Source: Tubulanus polymorphus
Lineage: Eukaryota; Animalia; Nemertea
Direction of reading: 5' to 3'
NCBI RefSeq assembly: GCF_964204645.1
Contig: NC_134030.1
Span: 16,554,110-16,618,109, forward strand
DNA length: 64,000 nucleotides
In this document: positions 1 through 11,147 of the stretch, piece by piece
Layout of the letters: every line of letters begins with the position of its first letter
How positions within the stretch are numbered: the first letter of the stretch is position 1
Made by a program: the position numbers and the translations under genes
The notes under the pieces: generated by a model
Told to the model about the DNA's origin: nothing
The model's database searches: none
Seen by the model: the letters and a program-made list of their open reading frames with translations, nothing else

Positions 1-848
1 GCATTGTCCATCCCAGCAAATTTTTAACAGCTTGAATAACAGATAAACGGTTTTCCAGCCAAAATGCATTGGTAAGGGGTGATAAATAAACATCTTGAGC
101 ATAAAAGTATTTTGTTGAACCAATGATAGGTAAATTCATAAAAGATGCAAAATCTGAAATATTCTGATAAGTGTTACCACTCAATACAATAGCAGCAGGG
201 AGAATAATATTTCCAATATGTTCTTAGTTTATTAATGGTTGTGAATCCCAGGAAAACTGACAAATTTCAGACGAATCATAGATCCGCTATTAATTCTTTT
301 TTCAAGCAACAATCGATTAGAATAATTACATTTATCGCACATTAGTAAACTACACATTTCCATTAACTGATTTTCAAATACAACAAACTTTTGTTGCTGG
401 AGATAGGTTTCACATACATCTTCATTGTCGCTTTCCTCTTCACTCTCTTCTACTGAAAATGATGGGTTAGCAGTATATTCAGTAAATGACAATGAAATTT
501 CTGATGGATTTTCATCAATACAACACGATTCCGTTCTTTGTTTTTTTGCCTTGCATTGGGAGACTGGCTTAATTGGCGTAGATGTTGTCATAGGTTCATT
601 ACTAGTAGGCCTTATTGTACGACAATAACTGTGATCCGTACTTAAAGACTGTACGTCGACATATCCGAGCCAAGGTGATGGGTGAGGATTTGAATACGGC
701 GATAACAGTTCGCACTGAATTCCGACGGATTTTGAAGAACGTTCATGTTTAATATCATCGATAGGCATATAATTCAAACATACAGAAGCACTGATCACTG
801 GCTCTGCTGAATTAGATTTCGATCCACGATTAGTCGACGTATGGCAAG
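1..848 (-). pseudogene. Fragment of a DNA-transposon-type protein (Kolobok/Mutator-like), cut at 849 by a Maverick-like terminus
   Basis: ORF 232-873 has KFVVFENQLMEMC..CDKC. After a frameshift it continues HIGNIILPAAIVLSGNTYQNISDFASFMNLP (about 220-120), a motif typical of animal transposase-derived proteins. The first 8 codons of the listed ORF lie inside the inserted element. Confidence 0.4.
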
Positions 849-1190
849 AGTAATAGGGAATATCTTGTTTCATACCACAGGTCGAAAGGTCGAGCTCATA
901 AAAAATGAAAAATATGAAAATAATAACAATTTCTACTTGAATTAGTCGCGAAATTCATAAAAAATGAAAAATAATTCTCACACACTCGAATTTATTTTTC
1001 ATTTTTACTCGCTAGAAAAAAGTGTGAGTAAAGTGTGAGTGAAATAAATTCGAGCGTGTGAGAATTATTTTTAATTTTTTATGAGTTTCACTCCTAATTC
1101 AAGTAGAAATTGTTATTATGTTCATATTTTTCATTTTTTACTCACTCGCCCCTTCAACCTTTGATATGAAACAACATATTCCCTATTACT
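849..1190. repeat. 342-bp fold-back (long inverted repeat) bounded by AGTAATAGGG...CCCTATTACT
   Basis: The arms pair over about 140 bp, e.g. aataacaatttctacttgaattag / ctaattcaagtagaaattgttatt. Confidence 0.9.
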
Positions 1191-1310
1191 CTTAAAATAT
1201 TCATATACATGAATAAAATATATATGAATAACATATAAATTGATAGATTATTCAATATAAAAGTGTGAGTGAAATAATTCATATTTAAAACATTGAATAT
1301 TTATATTTGA

Positions 1311-1953
1311 ATGAGTTTTAATAAAAATTTTGTTATAAAAATGAAGAAAGAAGAAGAACCCAACTTTAAAATCGAAATCAATGAAACCAATAAATCATTT
1401 TCACAGTTTAACATTAAAAATTATATTTCAGCAACAAATTTAGTGTCCGCAAGGTATTATAAAATTGAAAATATTACTGTAATTAATCAAATATTATCAA
1501 ATGAAACTAATTACTAAACTAGTAGATACTTTTGATAATGGTGTTAAAAATCCTAAAGTATTCAATACAGTTTTAAAATTATAAGGAATTTTAGATGAAA
1601 ACATAATAAATATTCTTAAAACTCCTTTCAATGAAAGAAATGATGATATAATACTTTCAAAAGATTACAATGATTTGATTAACTTAAGAATCGAATGAAG
1701 ACAATTATATTATTTCAATTTTGATAATAAACAAATTATCTATAATGAAAATTCATCAAATACTGGAATTCAATGTGAATTAGATAATGAAAAATCATTT
1801 AAAGATATTGCAGTTCAATGTAAATTAGATGATGAATTTAGAAAATTCAATCCTAATGAAAAAGTGCATTGTTATTGCGGAGGTAAATATTTAAAATCAC
1901 ATAAATCAAAGCATTATGAAACAATTAAACATAAAAACTGGTGTAAAGTGTAA
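1311..1953 (+). pseudogene. Disrupted viral-type ORF with C-terminal CxC..H..H zinc finger
   Basis: ORF 1311-1517 continues through stops to KVHCYCGGKYLKSHKSKHYETIKHKNWCKV*. Confidence 0.5.
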
Positions 1954-2004
1954 CAATTCTACATTATAATTATTGAATTGAGTTAAATGATTTAAATATC
2001 TAAT

Positions 2005-2612
2005 AGACTGTTAAAATGATAAATTGTTTGACAGTTGAAATGATAAATTGTTTGACAGTTGAAATGATAAATTGTTTGACAGTTGAAATGATAAGACAGT
2101 TGAAATGATAAATTGTTTGACAGTTGAAATGATAAATTGTTTGACAGTTGAAATGATAAATTGTTTGACTGTTGAAATGATAAATTGTTTGACAGTTAAA
2201 ATGATAAATTGTTTGACAGTTGAAATGATAAATTGTTTGACAGTTGAAATGATAAGACAGCTGAAATTATAAATTGTTTGACTGTTGAAATGTTAAATTG
2301 TTTGACAGTTGAAATGATAAATTGTTTGACAGTTAAAATGATAAATTGTTTGACAGTTGAAATGATAAATTGTTTGACAGTTGAAATGATAAATTGTTTG
2401 ACAGTTGAAATGATAAATTGTTTGACAGTTGAAATGTTAAATTGTTTGACAGTTGAAATGATAAATTGTTTGACAGTTGAAATGATAAATTGTTTGACAG
2501 TTGAAATGATAAATTGTTTGACAGTTGAAATGATAAATTGTTTGACAGTTGAAATGTTAAATTGTTCGACAGTTTTAATGTTAAATTATTTGGCAGTTGA
2601 AATGTTAAATTG
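2005..2612. repeat. 24-bp minisatellite (tgtttgacagttgaaatgataaat), about 25 copies
   Basis: Directly visible tandem array. It explains the spurious MINCLTVE ORF. Confidence 0.97.
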
Positions 2613-5600
2613 AATTTGTGATTTCTTCCATGAACGCTTTTTAAGCCTAAAATAATCGCTTACTTTTCCATCATAAATGCACCAAACTGCTGAAGAGTCG
2701 TTGAGAGCTGCCATGAATGTTAGTTTATTGGTCACGTCGTCACTGAGTAAAGATTTCTCATCAACATGAAACAGTCGAGTCAACATCTCACTCATATTAC
2801 TGGAATTTGTTTGCTCTGGACATGCTGCTTTTGGAGAAGGTCCTGCAAAATAGGGAAAATTTTTCTTCAAAACCGTTGGCATAAATAGTGCATGGCCCAA
2901 CCAAGGCCTACATAAGATTTTCTTGGTGTCAAAGAGGACTAAATAAAATGTTTTATACATGCATAATAAATAAGTTGTGTTATAATTTCTTAGTATAAAT
3001 AGTGAATAATTGCCACAACAATATTCTTCTTTGAAAAGAAAATCATAGAATAAAGAATAAAATACTTGGTACTCACCGTGACTGTGAATCTCGTCATCTC
3101 GGTTCTGGAAAAGTGAGGACTCTATGCATGGGTTCACAGCTGCAGTTGACTTGTAAAAAAAATCCCTCTTTCACAGATGTAGTGGGTGCTTCAGCATCGT
3201 TGGATTTCTCGGATTGAGCTTGCAGGCCTAGATGATCGGGTGGTAGATGGAGAACAATAAAACTATCCCTTGCATCTGGATTATTCTTAATTTTCCTCCA
3301 CTCTGCTTGTGCAATGGACACAATCTAAAAAGAGAAAGTGGGCGTACAGGGGTTAGGATAAAGACCACTTCACTTAATAGGCTAAATTACCAGAAATATT
3401 ACAATGGTCCCATAGGCCTTGAGACTCATTGCACTAAAATCAGATATAATTCCTTGGCCCTAAATTCTAATAAAAACCAGTACTATTTGGGCATGTTTTA
3501 TGGATTTTCCACTATCTTTGTACCAATTTCAAATTTTAATACTTTAAGTTTCACTTTCATACCTATTTGACTCGTAAATACAGCTAGTACATTGTGTCTC
3601 AATTTGTAAAAACTACCATAGTATAGTGCCTATAAAAAACACTAACTAGAAAGGAATCACACAAAAAATTTAATTGGGCCTACAGTCACAATATATTTTG
3701 TTTTGATTGAATTGGATATCAGTAAAAAAAGCATACCTGTTGCCTTGTTGATTGCCGGCTATTTGCGAATGTTTCTCCATTCTCCCACGCATGAATATAT
3801 GCTTCGATATATTTCTCGTAGGGAGTTGTCGGATTTGTGTAAACACACTGTAGTTTATGTCTTTTAACGGGACGGCCAAAAATATCAACCTGCACAGGCA
3901 TTTTTATACAGGCGATGAATAATATTCAATCACATCTGTGGAACTCCCATTGAGCTACGATAGCCTCTCAGTAAGCATGCGTACCTGGTTCTCGTTATTG
4001 GCAATGAATATACACTGATTTGTTTTACTTCCGCATTTGAAAAACAGCTGTGCGTTCGAATCCCGCTGATGAGTGGATTGTCACTTCCAATTAATCACAG
4101 TATTCGCGGTGAGCTTTTAACCCCCTCCCCCATTCCGCGGGTTATTCGAATAGGATGAAGTGTTGAATTTTTGAGACAGCCCCTTAGACAATATTTTCGG
4201 TTTAAGTTTGTTAATGTGTGCATAGTATTTTAGCACATCATCATTGATAAGTACAATGGTGCTGGTTTTGAGAGCTTTCCTGAAACTATCATATTTAGCT
4301 TTCATAGCCTTATCAAACAGCACAAAAGTACCATAGCTTGATTGTATGGCTCGCCAAGTATGGCCCTCTTCCTTTTTTTATAAAAAGCTTAACATGATGA
4401 TGTTCCATATGAATCGGTGTATATTGATCCTTGTCAACTGTTACTAGCTCCCCAGCATCAAGTTCACAATTACCACGGTTATCTCTCTCTGACTGCAATA
4501 CTTCAAGAGCAGCCGTCACATCGTCCCACTTTGGAGCTGTATCCCCATCATGAATTTTTGCTGCTACAGTGATACTATGAGTTTCATCTTTAATATCATT
4601 GTTATCAGCTTCAACGTCGTTGTTTACAAACTCATTATCACTGAAAAATTGTAAAAATATGACCATAAATCAGACTGTTTGAATGTATAGATTCAGTAAT
4701 TATGTATACTAATGTTGTATACTAATTATAATATCTATGTTATTATGTACACATTTGAGAAAATATATTCATATTCATATTTATATTCACTTAAATAAAC
4801 ACTAGCTGCCAGAATATGTTGTATGCAGATATGGGTCATAACCACTGGTCAGGTGCGATGGAATTAATTTATGATTTTCGCGACCAATTGATTTTCACAG
4901 GTTCTGTTATATTGTTGCAACGAATTCTACTTCAATTCGTTAAAAACATAGTATCCAAAGAAAAATAACGCCATTCAGTAAATCATTGCCGTGGCTTTTG
5001 CCGCTGCAGTTCCAACGCAACTGCTAAAAGTCTCTGAAGTGGGCTAAAAAGTTTGTGGAGTTAAGAAAGGCGGCCGGCTGGGCCAATTTCTAAGATCAGC
5101 AGACAGAGAAACCAGGTATAATTTTTAGCCTTACTGTACTACATGTCATTCTGAAAGAAGTAAATGAGTGACGAGGGCATCATGACAAAAAAATTCTTTA
5201 CTTGCTTATTTATTGGAATCACAAGATAAATCTTAAATTTTCCTTGATACGAATAATTTGCCTGATAACTTGATACCGTGAATTCCTCTTTGATGATCTT
5301 CTTGTGGTTATTATTGACAATGCAGAATCTGGTGAGTATTCAACATCATCGCCAGAACTAGAATATCTATAGAATTATGTAAAATTACGTCAGTCGATCT
5401 TATAATGGTCAAAAGAGATAGTCAAAACTTTAAAGATAGAAAGCAAAATAAATTAGAAAATACGTAGCAATATCATAGTAAAGAAAGTGTGGATTCCATT
5501 TTTATGGATCTAGGACAGAACATTTTCCACAAGTGGTGAAATAATTAGAACGTGTTAGGACAAGCGTTCAGACTGAATTCGATTATAGCTCTGGGTCAAA

Positions 5601-5835
5601 TCCCACAATTAACAAAAGTTACCGTTGACTTTTGTGCCGCAGTCAGCTTTACTAGATTCTGTCACCACCATTGGTAGTACAAAGTCTTCTCCCTCTCTAT
5701 AAACCACCACACAGGTAAATTTCTCCAGTTCAACTAACACCTCGTCTTCTTCTAGTCTGGCTCCACCTACTCGAAAATGGCCAGGATTGAAGCCAAGTTT
5801 AGCAACACCTACAACAATAACATTGCTTGGTTGAG

Positions 5836-5876
5836 CCATGGACGTATAAACTAGAATCTAGTTTATACGTCCATGG
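5836..5876. repeat. 41-bp perfect palindrome flanked by TTGAG direct repeats (minimal fold-back element)
   Basis: ccatggacgtataaactaga-a-tctagtttatacgtccatgg, with ttgag at 5831-5835 and 5877-5881. Confidence 0.85.
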
Positions 5877-6911
5877 TTGAGCTGATACATTTACAGATCA
5901 CAAAGGTTGCATCTGCACCCCCCTGCCCTAGCACGATTCTGAATCAGTATCATTGTATGGTGTATTATTGTCCTGGGATTGGTGTACTAGAGCCAGGCAG
6001 TGGGTGGTCACCAGAGGCGCAGATTCCAGGGGCCATGGCCCCCTATTTTTGATTGGGCTTACTGAGTAAGTTACTTCCTCGGAAGGAAGCATATGGGAAT
6101 GTTACTGTATTAATGACTGTGAGCATCATTTAATACTGCAGTAACAGTAACACTTAGTGTAGTAGGCCTACAATTGGGCCTGTATAGGGCCTAATCGAAA
6201 ACTTGAATTTTAATTCAAAAATAAACACTGACTTAGCCTAATACGTACATGTATTCTTTAGTTCTTCTATGGACTGTACAGAAACTAAATACGTCTCGGA
6301 GGTCACGCTGCTCGAAATACGCTGCAAAACCATGACTGCCACTTGACTTAAGAAGTTCTTCTGCTGTCTTGAAGGCGATGTTGCGCGCCACGTCAATGCA
6401 ATGTGAAAAGGTCAAAACTGCCGCCAAATAACAATGAATTTGAAAAAAACCTCTTGGTTGATGGCGCCACCATACAGTATTATGCGATCGGCAATTGGCA
6501 AACTTGAACGTTTGGCATCGACAATTAGCAATCGGCAATGAGCAATCGGCATGTCCCTCCAGGTATTCGGTACACTGAAACAAAGATTCTACCGAGTCAG
6601 GGCATTCAGCTAGCAATTCATCATCGCTTATCAAATAATCCCATCACATATTTTTGTCCAAATCAATCGTCGTTATGTCGGGTTGTTCTCCATCATATGG
6701 GTGACCCCTAGTGAAAATTAGTTACGCTTTTAGTACACTAATTATTGGCCTACTAATTATTGATGTTGAAATAAAATTGGATCATGAGGCCATGTCATGT
6801 ATTGAGACATGTGATGATTTTAAGTAAAGAAGATTGATTTCATTAAGAATATTCGATTAATACAGTTGCTTATAACAATTTTTTAGTGCATTCAGATTGT
6901 ATTTTGGCGCT

Positions 6912-6996
6912 AGTAATAGGGAAAGTGGGCTTTCAGATCAGAGGTCGAAGGTCGACCACTCATCACCACAAGTAATTTTTTTCCCTTATAAATGGG
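6912..6996 (+). repeat. Left terminal inverted repeat of Maverick A
   Basis: Reverse complement of 23201-23285. It ends in TATAAATGGG, which includes the ATG at 6992. Confidence 0.95.
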
Positions 6997-7318
6997 AGAT
7001 AGAAAAGCATTCTCAGCAACAATAAATAACAGATTAAAACCAGCAAAAAAACAATTTGAAATAAAAAAGTTAATTGATGTTACAAAAGAAATTGAACATA
7101 AAATATTGAAATTAGAAAAGATAAAAACTAAATATGGAGAGAAAGTATCAGCGAATTTAAGTTACCGTAATGTTAGTACATCGCGAGAATTTAAAGTATT
7201 TTTACCCGATAAATGGGTTTCATTGAGTACAGAGGAATTAAAAGATTTAGAAGGATTTAAAATAATCTATCATGGAAAAAATGGAGACGGTCATCATGAT
7301 TTAGAAATTGTTGATTAA
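6992..7318 (+). CDS. Hypothetical Maverick protein (108 aa)
   Basis: Intact ORF that starts inside the TIR at TATAAATG. Confidence 0.6.
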   Translation: MGDRKAFSATINNRLKPAKKQFEIKKLIDVTKEIEHKILKLEKIKTKYGEKVSANLSYRNVSTSREFKVFLPDKWVSLSTEELKDLEGFKIIYHGKNGDGHHDLEIVD

Positions 7319-7624
7319 ATAAAAAATAAAAATAATGAATATCTAAAAATGACCTTAGTCGTTTTACGAACAACTACAATCATACAGCCAAACATCTGTT
7401 ACATGTTATTATAAGAGAGTGCTTCATTTGAATAATGATCGATCAAACAGGTGTTGCAATTCAACGTTGTTGTTATATTGGATAGCTAGCAGTTATATAA
7501 TAAGCGCGCAGTACATACAACACACACAGGATACATTCTCTCTCTCGTGATTAAAAGGAATATTTCAGTGTTTTTAAGGTAAGTTTTAGCAAAATTGCCC
7601 TATCCTCGACCTACAGAGTTTTCA

Positions 7625-7805
7625 GGGGATAAGCATCCCATTATTGAAAGGCGCCACGGGACGCTTATCCCCAGTCATTTCTACTTACACCCCCGCGACC
7701 CACGTTACCCGGGATCTCCTTCAATGATTGGCAGAAATCACATTATATTAAAGGCGCCTAATGTAATTTCTACCAATCTCGAAATTCAAACCGAAGGAGA
7801 AACCC
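7625..7805. ncRNA. Candidate structured non-coding RNA: two hairpins sharing a loop
   Basis: Stems 7625-7641/7656-7672 and 7726-7745/7759-7778. Loops tattgaaaggcgcc and tattaaaggcgcc. Outer stem tctccttc/gaaggaga. Confidence 0.5.
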
Positions 7806-8349
7806 GGAGAGTGGACGAAGGTGCATTTTCAAAATGCCTCTGCTGGCCAGAGCTACTCCAGCGTTGGAATAAATTGCCTTATATACTTAGCTAAAACACC
7901 TAAGTAAATGTTGTTGGTGTTTACTAAAGAAATATGTGAAATTTGAAATTATAAATTATTCCGAATGAAAAGAATATAGGAATGAAAACTGATAAATGAA
8001 TTATGGATTTTTAACTTAATTATGATATAATTTCTAATCAAATTAGTAATCAATTACCATGTTAATTGATTAACAAATTCAAATTCAAATATTCATTTTA
8101 GCATCACACCCAGTGCTGCCATCTTTCAATTTAAGAAAAAACTAATAATAAGAAACGACTGTTATACAATATTCAAGTAAAAACTTCAAATTAAAAAACA
8201 GAATAAATTAATAAAAATAATGAATATCTAGAATCCGAAATGACTTATCTGGACAATTTAATTGCTCCGCATAGATGGTGCCATAAACGGCACCCACACA
8301 GTGATAGACAAAAGTAGTGAGATATTCAATTATTTTTTTTGCTTTTTTT

Positions 8350-8709
8350 CTAAATATTAATCCATTTTTTTATTATCAATTTTGGAATTTCAGAAGTATT
8401 TTCATTTTTGATAGCAGTTGTTTCAGAATTATTAATATCATGAATTTTATTTGATTTCTTATACCAATTACACCCAATCAAAATGAATACAATTACAAAT
8501 CCAACTGTAAAATATAGACATTTATCAAATATTCTATTATTAGAAGGAGTAGAAATAACAATATTTTCACTATTTTTATTAACATTTTTATTACTTATTT
8601 TTTCTTTTACAGCTTTTTTATATTCTTGTGATTTAATTCCTAATTGCCGAGACCATTCAATTTGTTTCTGTGATCTCGGTTTTTTCTTCACTTCTTCCAC
8701 CTTGTTCAT
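8350..8709 (-). CDS. Small basic protein with one transmembrane helix
   Basis: Hydrophobic CLYFTVGFVIVFILIG segment, TAAATG start, homologue at 31422-31819. Confidence 0.7.
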   Translation of the reverse strand: MNKVEEVKKKPRSQKQIEWSRQLGIKSQEYKKAVKEKISNKNVNKNSENIVISTPSNNRIFDKCLYFTVGFVIVFILIGCNWYKKSNKIHDINNSETTAIKNENTSEIPKLIIKKWINI

Positions 8710-9248
8710 TTATTATAGAAATATTTTTACTTTCAATATTTGAAAATGTTATAACCCCAGTTGATAATAATGTCATAAATCCGCCTAATTGAAATAAGAA
8801 ATATCCAATCCATTTATTTAATTTAGTCATAACTAAATAATCATTTTTCAAATCGGAATATAATCTATTGTCATCTTCAATTGGTAGTATATAATTACAT
8901 AATTTACTATAACCTTTTACTACATTTTCTGATATCGGGTCATTAATTCTAGCTGTTCTCGCGGTTTCATAAATCTCAAATAATCTAATAATTTCATCTG
9001 ATTTCATTGTATCTAATTCATTATAAGTTAAATTTTTACCGATAAAATTTTTACATTTTCCAGATGCTATTAATATTTCTAATTGATGTTTACAATAAAG
9101 ATAATATTCATAATTATTATTTGTTGTCACATTTTTTAAAGCACCATCATCTGGAGTTAATTTTGTTTCTGTTATTCCTAAATCATCTAAAGTTTTTTTC
9201 AATTGGAACATCACCATTTTTAGATTTTATTTTCTTTTCACCTCCCAT
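8657..9248 (-). pseudogene. Conserved hypothetical Maverick protein (frameshift near the 5' end)
   Basis: Homologous to 30827-31429 (YEYYLYCKH.LE.LIA.GK). The true start is probably TATATAAATG at 9248. Confidence 0.7.
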
Positions 9249-9437
9249 TTATATAACAAAAAAATTAGTTGTGATGTTGCAACTAGAATTTAACTAGAAT
9301 GTAACTAAAAATATACTAGATTAACAAGCTAGTTAAAATATTGTTGAATTTTATTTGATTTTTGTTTCAAATACCAATAACTAGAATTCAACTAGAATGT
9401 AACTAAATATGTAATAGATGAACAAACCTGTTGAATT

Positions 9438-10045
9438 TAAATAAATTCATATTTAAATGGGTGTTGTAATCTAAATAGTAATTTTGATCTTTTAATATTT
9501 TTCAACTTATCCATATATTCATTATGTAAATCATGTGGAATAATATAATTTTCCTCAAGTGCATTTTTCATCGATTTTCTATCTTTATTGTAGAATAAAA
9601 CTAGAAATCTAATGTTTTCTCTAAAGTCTTTAACAATTGAATTATATTTTTGATTTAAAACCCATGTTGTTATCCCAAAATGTCTACCAGAAAAAGCTAA
9701 ATAACATTACTCACTCTCTCTAATTTTTGAATCATGTAAATTTGCACAATCATCTATAATGAATAATGTATTTGATCCTTTATAAATATCTATTGATATT
9801 TTAATACAATTATCTAAATTTTCTTTTACTCTTCTAGGATCTAATATAATAAATTTATTATTTTTAGTAATATTTCTGTCATAAGTTTGATTAAATTCAT
9901 GTGTTGGACAAAATAATACTATATTATCAAAATAGTTTTTATAAACAGTTTCTAATAAATTTAATATAAAATAAGTTTTTCCACAATTTGTTACGCCAGA
10001 AATTAACATATTATAAGGCTCAAGTATAAATAATTCCTTATTCAT
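9438..10045 (-). pseudogene. A32/FtsK-like genome packaging ATPase
   Basis: Walker A ISGVTNCGKT and Walker B FIIDD. After a premature stop at 9707 it continues CYLAFSGRHFGITTWVLNQKY. Confidence 0.9.
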
Positions 10046-11100
10046 TTATATATTTTTAATTTTACTTGATAATATCCATTTATTGAATTTATCTGGCCAT
10101 CCAACCCATTTTACTAAAGAATATTTTTTTCTTTTAACAGTTTTTGTTTTTAATACTCTTTCAATTTTATATTCTTGTTCTAGATTTTCAGTAGTTAAAC
10201 TTAATTCTTCTTCGTAAAAGTAGCCATCAACTTCTTTACCATCTAAATCTTCTAATTTATAGACATATGGTTTTGTTGTTATTACCTTTTTTATTTTATA
10301 TATTTCTCTAGTAAAATTTCGATCGTATCCTTTGTCAAATATCTTTTTATACTTAGAAATTCTAACATTTTGACCAACTTTAAATTTAGGTTCGCCAAAA
10401 TCATCTACAAGAAATGCTCCATATAAATTATTCCAAACAATTTCAGCATTTTCAGGTTTTCTAGCATCAATAGGTTTCATTCCAATAGAAGAATGATAAG
10501 ATGATTATTATATCCTTCTATCAATTTTGGTAAAACATCAATCCATTTAAAAGTATTATTTGCTGTAAAATATTTCCACATTCTTGTTCTTAATGTTCTA
10601 TTAAATCGTTCAACAACTGCTGCTTTTTTATCCGATTTTGTTGAAAAATATTTAATATTATGATTGTCTAAGAGTTCATGAACAAGTGAATTATCAAATT
10701 CTTTTCCATCATCAAATTGTATTTTTTCTGGTTTTAGTTTATCATCCGAAAGAAATCTTCTTAAAACATTTGATGTTTTACAGCATCTTTTCTATAAAGT
10801 GGGAAGCTCCATACATAACGACTAAAAATATCAATTATATTCAATAACCACCAATAATCATCATTATCTTTCTTAATATTTTTCATATCAATTAAATCTC
10901 CTTGCCACTGTTGATCTTCATAACTTACCATAGTTTGATGAGTTTTATATTTTCTAACAATTTTTTTATGTGTTGTATATGTTGGTTGTTCTAACATAAA
11001 TTCATTTATATCTTTATATTAATTGTATTAATTGTAAAGATATCTTTATAAATTTCTTAAATATTGTTCTTTAGTATTATTAGTTTTTTTAACCGCCCAT
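10046..11100 (-). pseudogene. Retroviral-like (rve) integrase with C-terminal chromodomain
   Basis: QWQGDLIDM, IDIFSRY, QFDDGKEF, VERFNRTL, and chromodomain YKIERVL..LVKWVGWPDKFNKWI. Several frameshifts. Confidence 0.93.
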
Positions 11101-11147
11101 TTATATATCCTTAATTTTAACTTCATATTTCTAATATTGAATACTAT

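Larger units (their letters stand above)
849..2612 (+). mobile_element. Truncated Maverick-related element (copy C), left end only
   Basis: Begins AGTAATAGGG..TTTCA..AGGTCGAAAGGTCGAGCTCAT, like the termini at 6912 and 27640. The sequence after 1190 (cttaaaatattcatatacatgaataa) is shared with 28043 onward. No distal TIR was found, and the right boundary is approximate. Confidence 0.7.

Noticed and set aside
2005-2612. Possible CRISPR array or repeat protein (MINCLTVE)n
   Set aside because: Head-to-tail 24-bp units with no spacers; the ORF is a by-product of the repeat.
2586-6660. Minus-strand ORFs (2586-3321, 4117-4666, 6233-6634) as exons of one gene or transposase
   Set aside because: Some splice-like signals and Cys/His residues, but no family could be recognised with confidence.
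7595-7894. 99-aa ORF over the hairpin island
   Set aside because: Starts at TTG, has no TAAATG and no recognisable motif; the structure explains the sequence better.
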